From IMG/VR virus record IMGVR_UViG_3300008262_006988: DNA of 64,000 nt. One strand, given 5' to 3'. Source of the DNA: a virus. Position 1 is the first letter of the stretch; every line of letters starts with the position of its first letter. Below are positions 47,649 to 56,622 of the stretch, piece by piece. The position numbers and the translations under genes are program-made. Under the pieces are notes generated by a model. That model was not told the origin of the DNA, did not search any database, and saw only the letters and a program-made list of their open reading frames with translations.

Positions 47649-48108
47649 CAAATCGTGTGTAATATCTATAATATTTGACAATATACTGTCTCACAAATTG
47701 TCTTGCATCCTTTTCAAGCTCGTTACGATAGTACGCAACAGTATTTTTCATAACATCTTCATCGGTATATGTTAATTCACGTGCACTGCGTTTATATACT
47801 TGTGATTGCATCCAATGCCTAAATTCATGCAGTATATGATCGAATATCATTAAATGCTTTGTCCGTAGGCTGTCGCTTTTTATGTATGGCATGTCCGTAA
47901 TGTATAATTTGTTGGTTTTAAATTCATACATGCTTGAATCACTTTTAAATAAAATTTGTATTTTTATTTTTTTAAGATTGACAGCCTTTGACGGCTCGAT
48001 TTCAGCATACAACAAAGTAAGCGCTGAACTCATTGCTGGTAAATTGAGTTTATGTTTTATGAACCACTTTTGTGATTTTTTTGTCGGCAATAAATTAAAA
48101 ATATGCAT
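47629..48108 (-). CDS. Zincin-like (HExxH) protein
   Basis: ILHEFRHWMQ...Y.N.LEKDAR. Confidence 0.6.
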   Translation of the reverse strand: MHIFNLLPTKKSQKWFIKHKLNLPAMSSALTLLYAEIEPSKAVNLKKIKIQILFKSDSSMYEFKTNKLYITDMPYIKSDSLRTKHLMIFDHILHEFRHWMQSQVYKRSARELTYTDEDVMKNTVAYYRNELEKDARQFVRQYIVKYYRYYTRFAKIYQQ

Positions 48109-48152
48109 AAAAAATATTGATTTCTGTTATTAAGATTTTAATATACGTGTAT

Positions 48153-48356
48153 ATGTATATTGAAAAGTATAACGTCTACGTCGCAAATAATACAACTAAA
48201 AAGGTAAAAAAAGTTCTCGTTGAGGCTAATACCCCTCAAGAAGCACATAAAAAAGCATATGTAAACACTCATATGTTTACAGAAGACATCACAAAGATTA
48301 CTGATTATAGTAATGCAGTAGTTTATACACATAAAGATGGGTTTATTACCAATTAA
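48153..48356 (+). CDS. Hypothetical protein
   Basis: ORF after TTGATT-N16-TAATAT. Confidence 0.55.
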   Translation: MYIEKYNVYVANNTTKKVKKVLVEANTPQEAHKKAYVNTHMFTEDITKITDYSNAVVYTHKDGFITN

Positions 48357-48376
48357 TTCTATAAATATACAAGCAT

Positions 48377-48571
48377 ATGGAAGAAGATCAAGAATTATCA
48401 ACAAACTTAACTATAGCAGATTTAACTACAATCGCCTCTATCATTGAAGCGATTGTAAATAGAGGTGCACTAAGACCACAAGAATTATCTCTCGTTGGCT
48501 CGGTGTATGAAAAAGTAGCAGCAATACTCAATAAAGTAAAAGATGAAAATAAAGGGAATAAAGACGCTTGA
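48377..48571 (+). CDS. Small conserved-type myovirus protein
   Basis: LTIADL....IIE....RGA.RPQEL..VG.VY pattern; TATAAATA at 48360. Confidence 0.65.
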   Translation: MEEDQELSTNLTIADLTTIASIIEAIVNRGALRPQELSLVGSVYEKVAAILNKVKDENKGNKDA

Positions 48572-48722
48572 GCTAGAAGAGCGGCCGGACGGTAAATACG
48601 ATATTTTTGTGGATTATACCGAAGAATTTGAAGAGACATTAAAGAGTATTCTCGATAAAAAGAGAATAACAAAAAAAGATGTAGCGAATTTTATTCTTGA
48701 GTCACTCGGTTTAGGTCAATAA
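48543..48722 (+). CDS. 59-aa hypothetical protein (MKIKGIKTLELEERPDGKYD...)
   Basis: ORF not in the track; its stop overlaps the next start. Confidence 0.55.
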   Translation: MKIKGIKTLELEERPDGKYDIFVDYTEEFEETLKSILDKKRITKKDVANFILESLGLGQ

Positions 48723-48937
48723 TGAATACAATTAGCCTTACTAAAACACATGTAACAGCATCGGGTTCGGTGCATGCGCAGATAAAAATTAATAACAATG
48801 ATGTGGGGTTACTTTATCTAACACCGCGAGAAATTGACGTACTTACAAATGCATTGCGTGATGGGTTGCTTAACAGTAATACAGCACTCGAAACGGACTT
48901 ATTTGATGAAGAGTACAGTGATGAAGAGTTATACTAA
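48722..48937 (+). CDS. Hypothetical protein
   Basis: ORF in a coupled operon. Confidence 0.6.
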   Translation: MNTISLTKTHVTASGSVHAQIKINNNDVGLLYLTPREIDVLTNALRDGLLNSNTALETDLFDEEYSDEELY

Positions 48938-49614
48938 TGCTTGTTTTTGATGCAGAAAAGCACGTTTATAAAAACAAGTATACAGGTGATGTTTATACAT
49001 CTGTAACTACCCTGCTGGGTAAGTATAAAGCTCCATTCGACTCACAGGCTGCGGCACTCAAAGTAGCTCAGCGTGAAAAATGTTCGGTAGAAGAGATCCT
49101 TGCAAGATGGAAAGAAGCGAATGAAGCCAGCAAAGTTTATGGTACAAAAATACATAGTGCTATAGAGACATATCATAAATCGGGTTACGTAGAACCGGAG
49201 TATAAAGATCTGATTAGCTCTTACAGGCAACTCGGTATTGTCGATGAGCTCGATGAAATACAGTCAGAGCAGCAAGTTTATCTGCATGAATATCAAATTG
49301 CTGGTACAGCAGATATTATTCGACATGAAAAAAATGGTTGTTTTAGTATCTTTGATATAAAGACAAACAAAAAATTTAATTTAGCTAATCAGTACAATAC
49401 TAGGCTACTTCCACCCTTTGACCATCTCACTTCTTGCGAATACACTATATATGCTTTACAGCTCTCTCTTTATGCATATATGTATCAAAATAATACCGGT
49501 AGAAATGTAAATCAATTGGGGATATTTTTTTACGAACGTGAGAAAAATAAGTTTATATACTACCCGGTAATATACTTAAAGCATGATATCAAAAGAATAC
49601 TTCAAACATTATGA
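48937..49614 (+). CDS. PD-(D/E)xK exonuclease
   Basis: SVTTLL, GTKIHSAIE, SEQ.VY, AGTAD, IFDIKT, YALQLSLYA. Confidence 0.85.
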   Translation: MLVFDAEKHVYKNKYTGDVYTSVTTLLGKYKAPFDSQAAALKVAQREKCSVEEILARWKEANEASKVYGTKIHSAIETYHKSGYVEPEYKDLISSYRQLGIVDELDEIQSEQQVYLHEYQIAGTADIIRHEKNGCFSIFDIKTNKKFNLANQYNTRLLPPFDHLTSCEYTIYALQLSLYAYMYQNNTGRNVNQLGIFFYEREKNKFIYYPVIYLKHDIKRILQTL

Positions 49615-50066
49615 ATAGACCAAACTGGGACGAGCATGCATTGATGTTAGCTTATACTGCTACTTGCAGAAGCCCTGATCCTCATGTAAAAGTTGGTGCT
49701 TGTGCACTCGATATACATAATAATGTTCTCGGTGTAGCATACAATGGTCTTGCACCTGGCAAAGAAGTAACGAAGTTCTTCTGGGATGATAGAGATAAAA
49801 GACGTCCGTTTGTAATACACGCTGAAACTAATCTTCTTTCACGCATACAAATAGGAGCTGTACATACTATTGCCTGTACATTATTACCTTGTTCTTCATG
49901 TGCGAGAGCTATAGCTGCACATAAGGCGAAGCGTGTTATATACAGCGAAACTTATGACCGTGATACCGAAGGTCTTCGTATATTTGATTTCTATAACATT
50001 GAAGTTATAAATATACCAAAAAACCGTGTAGTAGAATATATTAAAACAGCATATGAAATTCATTGA
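49611..50066 (+). CDS. dCMP deaminase
   Basis: RSPDP..KVGA, HAE.N, PCSSC zinc motif. Confidence 0.9.
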   Translation: MNRPNWDEHALMLAYTATCRSPDPHVKVGACALDIHNNVLGVAYNGLAPGKEVTKFFWDDRDKRRPFVIHAETNLLSRIQIGAVHTIACTLLPCSSCARAIAAHKAKRVIYSETYDRDTEGLRIFDFYNIEVINIPKNRVVEYIKTAYEIH

Positions 50067-50538
50067 AACAATATTACAATGCAGTCAAATTAAAGAAGCG
50101 AAATTATATGGAGCTGCTAAAAAAGCTGCTGAATCACCCGAGACGGGTGTTATTATACAAAAACCCGCAGCATTTCATGTTATCCGTGATTGCGCAACAC
50201 TTGCTTACAAATATCTACCTCACTACGTCTTCGGGCACTATGCAAACCCATTTGAAGTATTAAAAGGTAAATTTACAAAACGAGACATAGAAGAGTTTCT
50301 TGCAAGCGCAAATTCTGATATTGTTAACTTCCATTTACTTGCCTTAATCCTAGAGAAAATAAGAAAGAGTACTAATATTCAGACAACAGCAGTACCTGAA
50401 CAGCAAATTAATCTCAAGACAGCTCTCTCATCCGATGATCCTTACGGAGATTACGAATCATATGGTGCAGAAGAGGTGCAAGTTGTTCAACTTGACAACC
50501 TAACCCTTCTTTGTAGAGCATTTAATGTATTAACATAA
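50053..50538 (+). CDS. Hypothetical protein
   Basis: ORF only. Confidence 0.6.
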   Translation: MKFIETILQCSQIKEAKLYGAAKKAAESPETGVIIQKPAAFHVIRDCATLAYKYLPHYVFGHYANPFEVLKGKFTKRDIEEFLASANSDIVNFHLLALILEKIRKSTNIQTTAVPEQQINLKTALSSDDPYGDYESYGAEEVQVVQLDNLTLLCRAFNVLT

Positions 50539-50548
50539 ATACTCATTG

Positions 50549-50905
50549 ATGAAATTTACAGGTACACTATTACGTATTATCAATCAACTACGTATGTATC
50601 ACTGGCTTTGTGATACATACGCACAGCACAAAGCATACGGAAGTGCATATGATGATTTAAGTGATCTTGTCGATGCATTTACCGAGGTATATATGGGTAA
50701 GTACGGTAAGACTAGCAATAATATAACTCTCAATATCGAGTTGAGCGCAGATACCGCTACATCAACAGAGTTCATTGATTCAGCTATTAACTTTTTGTTA
50801 AAGATAAACGAAATGGCGAGTGAAGAAGATACCGATCTTCTTAATATAAGAGACGAAATGCTTAGCTCTCTTAATAAGTTGAAATATTTGCTTACTCTTC
50901 ACTAA
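50549..50905 (+). CDS. Ferritin/Dps-like four-helix protein (DUF5856-like)
   Basis: HW...YAQHKA.G..YD.L..L.D.F.E.YMGKYG...LLNIRDEML..LNKLKYLLTL. Confidence 0.75.
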   Translation: MKFTGTLLRIINQLRMYHWLCDTYAQHKAYGSAYDDLSDLVDAFTEVYMGKYGKTSNNITLNIELSADTATSTEFIDSAINFLLKINEMASEEDTDLLNIRDEMLSSLNKLKYLLTLH

Positions 50906-52331
50906 CAAATTTTTTTACGATATCTAAGAACGGTTGTTCAGGTACACGTGTTTTAAAAACGTTAAAGTTATATTTCGCAATTTGCTTAGCTTTCATAAAA
51001 AGAGCATTATATTCTTCTTCTGGTAGTTTTAAAATTTTATTCACAACTTCAGTAATTTTATTCATTCGTATTTGTGGGTCTTCTTCATCATCATAGCTCT
51101 CATCCCATAAATTAGCAAACGTCATATAACCACACGTCTTTAAGAATTTTAAGATACCTGGCTGACCGAGAACAATAAACGGTGCCTTAAATGCTATCGG
51201 TTTATATGTCTTTTCAGTTATAAACCGATATGCACAGTTTGTTGTATTTCTTGTCTCTGCTATAGTCTCGGTGACAATATGTATATCGCAATTTCGATAC
51301 ATATCCATATTAAACGTATTCCAGTGATTATATTTAAAAAAATCACTAGCCGTAAATTGATTGTTCATGTGTTGATTCTCATATGCACCTTGTATAGTTT
51401 CAGTATCAAATTCTGTAAAAAGCGGTAGTTTTGCTAAAAAAAGTTCTATATCTTTTTTTTCATTTTTTGTTATTTTTTGTGGGTCAAAAAAGCGATAGCT
51501 TTCTAATATATTATTTCTTGTTGTGTAGGGTGATAATTTTAAAAGCTTGTCGTACGTTATTTCTTCAAGACTTACGCAAATATTATTAAAGCTGTAGTTG
51601 TTCTGTCTCCATATTTGGTAACACAAAAAATATCTGTGTTGACGTGGTCTCGCATTTAATAATAGCATTCTATATTTGCTATACTTTTTCGTTATTTTTG
51701 TAAAGTGTGTATAAGTATGTCGCATATAGAAATTATATGCGCGTTTCGTTACACATTCAAAAAACGGCCAAAAAACTACATTAAATTTAAATGGTAATCT
51801 TCGTACGTTGCAGTCGTTTGACGTAAAGATGATTACTTTTTCTATATCGAGCTGTATTTGATCACAAAAATTTTTTAATGTTTCATAATGTTTGTCAGTA
51901 TAAAATGACGCTTCTGACATATCATTAATAATAAACAAACATTGTTTATTGTTTATACTATAAACGTGTTCAGGTGTTAGGAGGTCCTTTAAAAAATTTT
52001 TATGTATATCATCCTCTATCAGTTTAATCATGTAACGCGGACTGATCGTATATACAAATTTCTCGTGTGTCAGTATTATATCAGATAGTTTCTTACGGTT
52101 GACTTTAAATTGAGTGCTTAAAATTGTCTCAGGAAGAATATGATAATCATGGCGTGTAATAGTACATGTAAATTGTCTGTTGTCAGGAAATTTAAACAAT
52201 CTTTCAAAATCATCACCGTTAATATAAGTGTATAAATTCGCGTAATGGTTAAAAAACCTACCGTCACTTTTTGAACTTACTTGCGGGCTATCGCAGAGCT
52301 TATTATAAGCAAAATTTATTGAACCATACAT
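50892..52331 (-). CDS. Putative glycosyltransferase with GT10-like C-terminal motif
   Basis: HIVTET...FITEKTYKPI...PFIVLG...GY.TF...WDESYD. Confidence 0.5.
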   Translation of the reverse strand: MYGSINFAYNKLCDSPQVSSKSDGRFFNHYANLYTYINGDDFERLFKFPDNRQFTCTITRHDYHILPETILSTQFKVNRKKLSDIILTHEKFVYTISPRYMIKLIEDDIHKNFLKDLLTPEHVYSINNKQCLFIINDMSEASFYTDKHYETLKNFCDQIQLDIEKVIIFTSNDCNVRRLPFKFNVVFWPFFECVTKRAYNFYMRHTYTHFTKITKKYSKYRMLLLNARPRQHRYFLCYQIWRQNNYSFNNICVSLEEITYDKLLKLSPYTTRNNILESYRFFDPQKITKNEKKDIELFLAKLPLFTEFDTETIQGAYENQHMNNQFTASDFFKYNHWNTFNMDMYRNCDIHIVTETIAETRNTTNCAYRFITEKTYKPIAFKAPFIVLGQPGILKFLKTCGYMTFANLWDESYDDEEDPQIRMNKITEVVNKILKLPEEEYNALFMKAKQIAKYNFNVFKTRVPEQPFLDIVKKFVSEE

Positions 52332-53437
52332 TGAAGTGAAGATATTAAATTCTGAAGCTTATTGTGATTAATAAGATGTTTTACTTTAATTTGTTGATAT
52401 GTCTCAATAATCTCTTTAATTGTTTCTGTAGGTAATGTATGTATGCTTACTTCTGGTAGCAGCTCATCATATGCAACTGTAATACCTTCTTTAACTTTAC
52501 CGTTTTCATGGATACCCTTAATGCGTGTACCAAGAACACCCGAGACATTATTGAAACATATATTTATATTAAAATCATCACAAAACTTAAGTATATCGGG
52601 TATATCACGCCAGTTTTGTATCATTGGACACACTGCTACACTATTAAAAATTTTACGACGGTTTTTATTCTCATATTCTTGTATAGATGTTATATTTTTT
52701 AGCACTGTATTAAGATCGCCGCCACGACGTATAAATTTATATGTATCATGGTTGAGTGAATCAATAGAAATACAGACTATTACGTCTTTATACCTGTCAA
52801 AAATATCAAATACTTTTTGATTTAAAATGCTACCGTTGGTTGTGATACAAATCTCAATGTTTGGATTATAGGTATAAAGCATCTCCCATATCTTATAGTA
52901 TAAAGGTGTTGCAAACGGCTCACCACCAAGAAATTTCGCACATTGTAAATGTGGAGCAAAGAGAGTCAGTTGTTTTAAGAACTCGTCATCATATGGCGAC
53001 ACAAGTGGTGGTAGTTTTTCGCGGTTTTTGCGTATAGATGAAGACCAATCTCCTCCGCACATAATACACTCATAGTTACATATTGATGACATCTCAAATT
53101 CCAGCATAACTGGAAAAATGCTATTTAACTTGAATTGTTTATGGTGAAATGCTGCGAGAAGTGAGTTATGATAATTGCCGGATGATATTTGCTTGTAGCA
53201 ACTTGTACAACCTTTTGTAAAGTCAAAACTATCAATAGCTTTACGCATTTCTTTTATTTTTTCACCGAACCATATATCAGTAAGTGAAGATTCAGGGTAT
53301 CTCCCGAGTTCGTAGTCCCTGCTCATACAGCATGCTGATATAATACCTGTAGATTTAAAATTAAGTGATACAAAGGGCGCGTTGCAGACATGCTGCTTGG
53401 CAGTAAGAAAGTCAAATACTTGCTTTATATCACTCAT
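52316..53437 (-). CDS. Radical SAM protein with N-terminal SPASM/twitch domain
   Basis: CNAPF...ACC...GCTSC, then CNYECIMC, GGEPF, TTNGS. Confidence 0.88.
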   Translation of the reverse strand: MSDIKQVFDFLTAKQHVCNAPFVSLNFKSTGIISACCMSRDYELGRYPESSLTDIWFGEKIKEMRKAIDSFDFTKGCTSCYKQISSGNYHNSLLAAFHHKQFKLNSIFPVMLEFEMSSICNYECIMCGGDWSSSIRKNREKLPPLVSPYDDEFLKQLTLFAPHLQCAKFLGGEPFATPLYYKIWEMLYTYNPNIEICITTNGSILNQKVFDIFDRYKDVIVCISIDSLNHDTYKFIRRGGDLNTVLKNITSIQEYENKNRRKIFNSVAVCPMIQNWRDIPDILKFCDDFNINICFNNVSGVLGTRIKGIHENGKVKEGITVAYDELLPEVSIHTLPTETIKEIIETYQQIKVKHLINHNKLQNLISSLQCMVQ

Positions 53438-53472
53438 ATATTATAATTAAAGTATTATAATATAATTACTAC

Positions 53473-54093
53473 ATGCGTTATCCACTTTTAATAAAGGTAA
53501 ATTTTTTAATAGACAAAATTATTCTATTTGTTGGTCTTTTGCAGTGTTTAAAGTTTTGGAAAAGAAGTTTTTTTATAAGAAAAAAAAAGCAAATTGATAT
53601 TCTTTGTGTATATGATAAGAAGCATCATCATATAGAGCAAATCATACAGCAGCATACACAAAAGAGTGTATTGTGTTATGAACTCAGCAATTGCACGAAT
53701 ACACAAATATGTGAGCGCGTATATACGCTTTGTAATTTTTATCAACCTGCAATATTGCTTGTAATATTTGCGAAAACAAATTATGATGCCCCTTCTTTTA
53801 GTGCAGAAGATAATACCTCGACAACAAGAAAATGTTACGAGACCGATGATTTCTATAAAACACGCATAGTTACATACTTTTTACGGTTTGTTCATACATT
53901 TCTCTTAATAAAGACGATATGTAAATGCAATAATATTAAATTATACTGGTATCTACCGCAAAATACTATAGCTATGGTCAATAAAAAACAAAATTATAGA
54001 TTATTTAATGATGATGAAACAGTTGTATGCTTACCTTATAGGGGTAAAGAAAGCATTGATATTGTAATTCAACAGTTTTTGCAACAATTATGA
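53473..54093 (+). CDS. Hypothetical protein
   Basis: AT-rich ORF; shares an LC..YNxKL-like stretch with the next gene. Confidence 0.55.
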   Translation: MRYPLLIKVNFLIDKIILFVGLLQCLKFWKRSFFIRKKKQIDILCVYDKKHHHIEQIIQQHTQKSVLCYELSNCTNTQICERVYTLCNFYQPAILLVIFAKTNYDAPSFSAEDNTSTTRKCYETDDFYKTRIVTYFLRFVHTFLLIKTICKCNNIKLYWYLPQNTIAMVNKKQNYRLFNDDETVVCLPYRGKESIDIVIQQFLQQL

Positions 54094-54740
54094 CACTATA
54101 CGAGCTTCAATTGTATAATAATTTTATTAATGACATATTACCTCAAAAAAAATTACGTAATGTTTTTTTGTTGTGTGATGATTATGAGTATAGTGATGAT
54201 GTGGGTATTTTTGTTCTCGGTAAATCTGAGTACTATACTTCCAATGTCGAGAATTGGTGTACAGAACTATCGCAGCATATAAACTTGTCTGTTAAACACA
54301 TACCATCCAATTTTACACAGGATATTAACGGCTATAGTTCAAACGAAGATTTTATACCACATTTGTATTATATTTTACAGAGTAAGAATATTAAAGCTGT
54401 TATAATAAATTGTCAAAGATACAAGTGCTTTACCGGCATAAAACAAACAGAAAAAATAATGACACGTCGCTGTACTTTTTTTAAGGATAACACTAAGCAT
54501 TATACAGATATTATTGAAGCGTTTTTTCACTATTTAAAAACATGTATAATTTTTATAAAACTTTGTGACTATTATAATGTAAAACTTGTTTTAATAGACA
54601 CAGATCGTACTCATACTGGGGTTTTATGGTCATTTTTTAGATTTGTATTTTTACCACGCAATAAAAATACACTTGTTATTACTGGAAAAGGAGTATGTGA
54701 TAAATTTTTATTAAAAGTAGTAAAATTTCTTAAAAAATAA
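54090..54740 (+). CDS. Hypothetical protein
   Basis: AT-rich ORF. Confidence 0.55.
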   Translation: MTLYELQLYNNFINDILPQKKLRNVFLLCDDYEYSDDVGIFVLGKSEYYTSNVENWCTELSQHINLSVKHIPSNFTQDINGYSSNEDFIPHLYYILQSKNIKAVIINCQRYKCFTGIKQTEKIMTRRCTFFKDNTKHYTDIIEAFFHYLKTCIIFIKLCDYYNVKLVLIDTDRTHTGVLWSFFRFVFLPRNKNTLVITGKGVCDKFLLKVVKFLKK

Positions 54741-54786
54741 TATGTATTTAGTATAAGATAATATATATGGTTAGGTCCTTTTTAAG

Positions 54787-54926
54787 GAGCTGCAGAAGTT
54801 TTTTATATAACACCAGTGTATTTCTAGGTTTTTGTACACGCAATGAGCCTGTTGTCGTCTATCGTTATATAACTAAACGTAAGCTTCGTGGCTACCCGAG
54901 GCAGAATAAAATATAAAATACTACTC
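54787..54926. ncRNA. Possible rod-shaped structured RNA in a convergent intergenic gap
   Basis: Nested complementary segments TTTTATAT/ATATAAAA, CACG/CGTG, GAGCCT/AAGCTT, CGTCTA/TAAACG. Confidence 0.35.
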
Positions 54927-54933
54927 TATAACA

Positions 54934-56421
54934 TTAAATGTTGTTTGGTATGACGGCGTTAAAGTTTGTAGATGTAACTACACCGTTTTGGTATATAATA
55001 TTACCATACCCGAACAAGTATTTTGAATAATCTGCCGCTGTCATTGTTCCAGTCCATGTTACAACACCATTAAGGTCGGTTGCTGATACTGTTGGAACTT
55101 GTATCCAAGTACGTGAGAAATTAAAAGGCTCAACCTGACATGTCCAGAATTGAACCGCAGAAACAGGAACTGAAATAGTATCAGGCTTTACATTAAATTG
55201 CGGTATACCCGCAGGTTTTGTAAACCAAGCTGTTGGTCTATTCGGCCAAGTAATAGCTGCACTAAGAACATATTTATTAAGCCATAGAGCTTCATTACCA
55301 ACGTTTAAGGTCACATCGTGCATCTTGTTTGCATCATGGGAAAAGTCCCATGGAATACCAGATGGTATTTTTGAGAAAGTATCGTCTACTCTATCGTGTC
55401 CCCCGTGGTGATCATTAGAGCCGTTAATCAATAAAATTGGAACACGTGTAAAATTTGCTTCCATCTCAGCTGTAGGGGCATTTAAATAAATTCTCTCACC
55501 TGAAAGCCATGCTGGATATGTAGTTGCAGGTACCTTGTATTTCCAAAGATTTTTATCACGATAGTATGTTGTCCATCCGTTTCCAAAGTACGAAACTACG
55601 GCTTTTATTCTATCATCCATTGCCATGCTCCACGACATCGTACCACCATAAGAGTGGCCTCTCATACCAATTTTATTAACGTTTATTTCAGGCTGAGTTA
55701 AAAGATACTCAAATGCTCTACGCATAACACATGCCCACAAATATTCGCTTGTTTGTCTAGCATCACTAATTTGACCGCCACCTGAGAGGGTTGTGTTAAT
55801 TGTATATCCGCCTTCAGTAGATCTGTGAATACCGTATGATAAGGCCGGCGGATATTCAGTTACCGGTAAAGCATCCGGTCTTTTGCCAGCGTAGTCATAT
55901 CCAAATGTGGCCCACCCAGCAGATGTATATGACGGGTAGTCTTGAAGATAGCTTTGCCATCCCTGCGCTACAAACAAGCAAGGAAACCCTCCGGCGGGAG
56001 GAGTACTAGTAGGGACAACGTAGTAGCAAAATAATCTAAAAGTATACCCGGAAAAAGTTATATCAATATACAGTTTTCTTTTTCTGAGCCCGTCAGCGGT
56101 AGTATCCTCAATGACTTGAGGATTAAATGGTCCGTTGCCAGCTTCAGTAGGATCGAACTTTGCAAATGAATATCCTTTCCTCCATAAAGATGCACCATTT
56201 GCAATCAGGTTTGTATTATCTGTCTTGTACCACTCTCCGTTTCGTTTATAAGCATACGTACCACTTATTGCTGTAGAATTAGCAACCGTTAAACCATTGC
56301 CATCTGTACAATAAATTAATTCACCATTCGATCCTGTTATTGACAAATAATCAGTAGTATAACTATCGGGGTTCGTAGATAGAGGAGACAGGGTTGTAGA
56401 TCCAAATATGATACCAGGCAT
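54934..56421 (-). CDS. Alpha/beta-hydrolase (acetylxylan-esterase/dienelactone-hydrolase-like) with N-terminal structural extension
   Basis: GHSYG nucleophile elbow, NGSND, H (NKMHD); ~75-aa fibre-like N-terminus. Confidence 0.78.
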   Translation of the reverse strand: MPGIIFGSTTLSPLSTNPDSYTTDYLSITGSNGELIYCTDGNGLTVANSTAISGTYAYKRNGEWYKTDNTNLIANGASLWRKGYSFAKFDPTEAGNGPFNPQVIEDTTADGLRKRKLYIDITFSGYTFRLFCYYVVPTSTPPAGGFPCLFVAQGWQSYLQDYPSYTSAGWATFGYDYAGKRPDALPVTEYPPALSYGIHRSTEGGYTINTTLSGGGQISDARQTSEYLWACVMRRAFEYLLTQPEINVNKIGMRGHSYGGTMSWSMAMDDRIKAVVSYFGNGWTTYYRDKNLWKYKVPATTYPAWLSGERIYLNAPTAEMEANFTRVPILLINGSNDHHGGHDRVDDTFSKIPSGIPWDFSHDANKMHDVTLNVGNEALWLNKYVLSAAITWPNRPTAWFTKPAGIPQFNVKPDTISVPVSAVQFWTCQVEPFNFSRTWIQVPTVSATDLNGVVTWTGTMTAADYSKYLFGYGNIIYQNGVVTSTNFNAVIPNNI

Positions 56422-56423
56422 GA

Positions 56424-56618
56424 TTATATAAAGTGTTTTTCCGCCTCTTCACGCGAGTTAAACCAAAACCACCCATCCACCGGGTATGTATGCATGTCTT
56501 TTTCATCTCTTAGTAAAGTATAATCTTTATTATATACAGCACTCGGTCCAAAAAATATTTCGCCACTTTGATCTTGTTTGTAAAATCCCGATGTATCTTG
56601 TTCTATTTCTTCTTCCAT
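56424..56618 (-). CDS. Small fibre-associated/assembly protein
   Basis: TSGFYK...YTL.......YPVDGWFWF..EEA. Confidence 0.6.
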   Translation of the reverse strand: MEEEIEQDTSGFYKQDQSGEIFFGPSAVYNKDYTLLRDEKDMHTYPVDGWFWFNSREEAEKHFI

Positions 56619-56622
56619 ACGA

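Noticed and set aside
48937-49614. Cas4 call
   Set aside because: PD-(D/E)xK motifs are present but the four-Cys Fe-S pattern and CRISPR context are absent.
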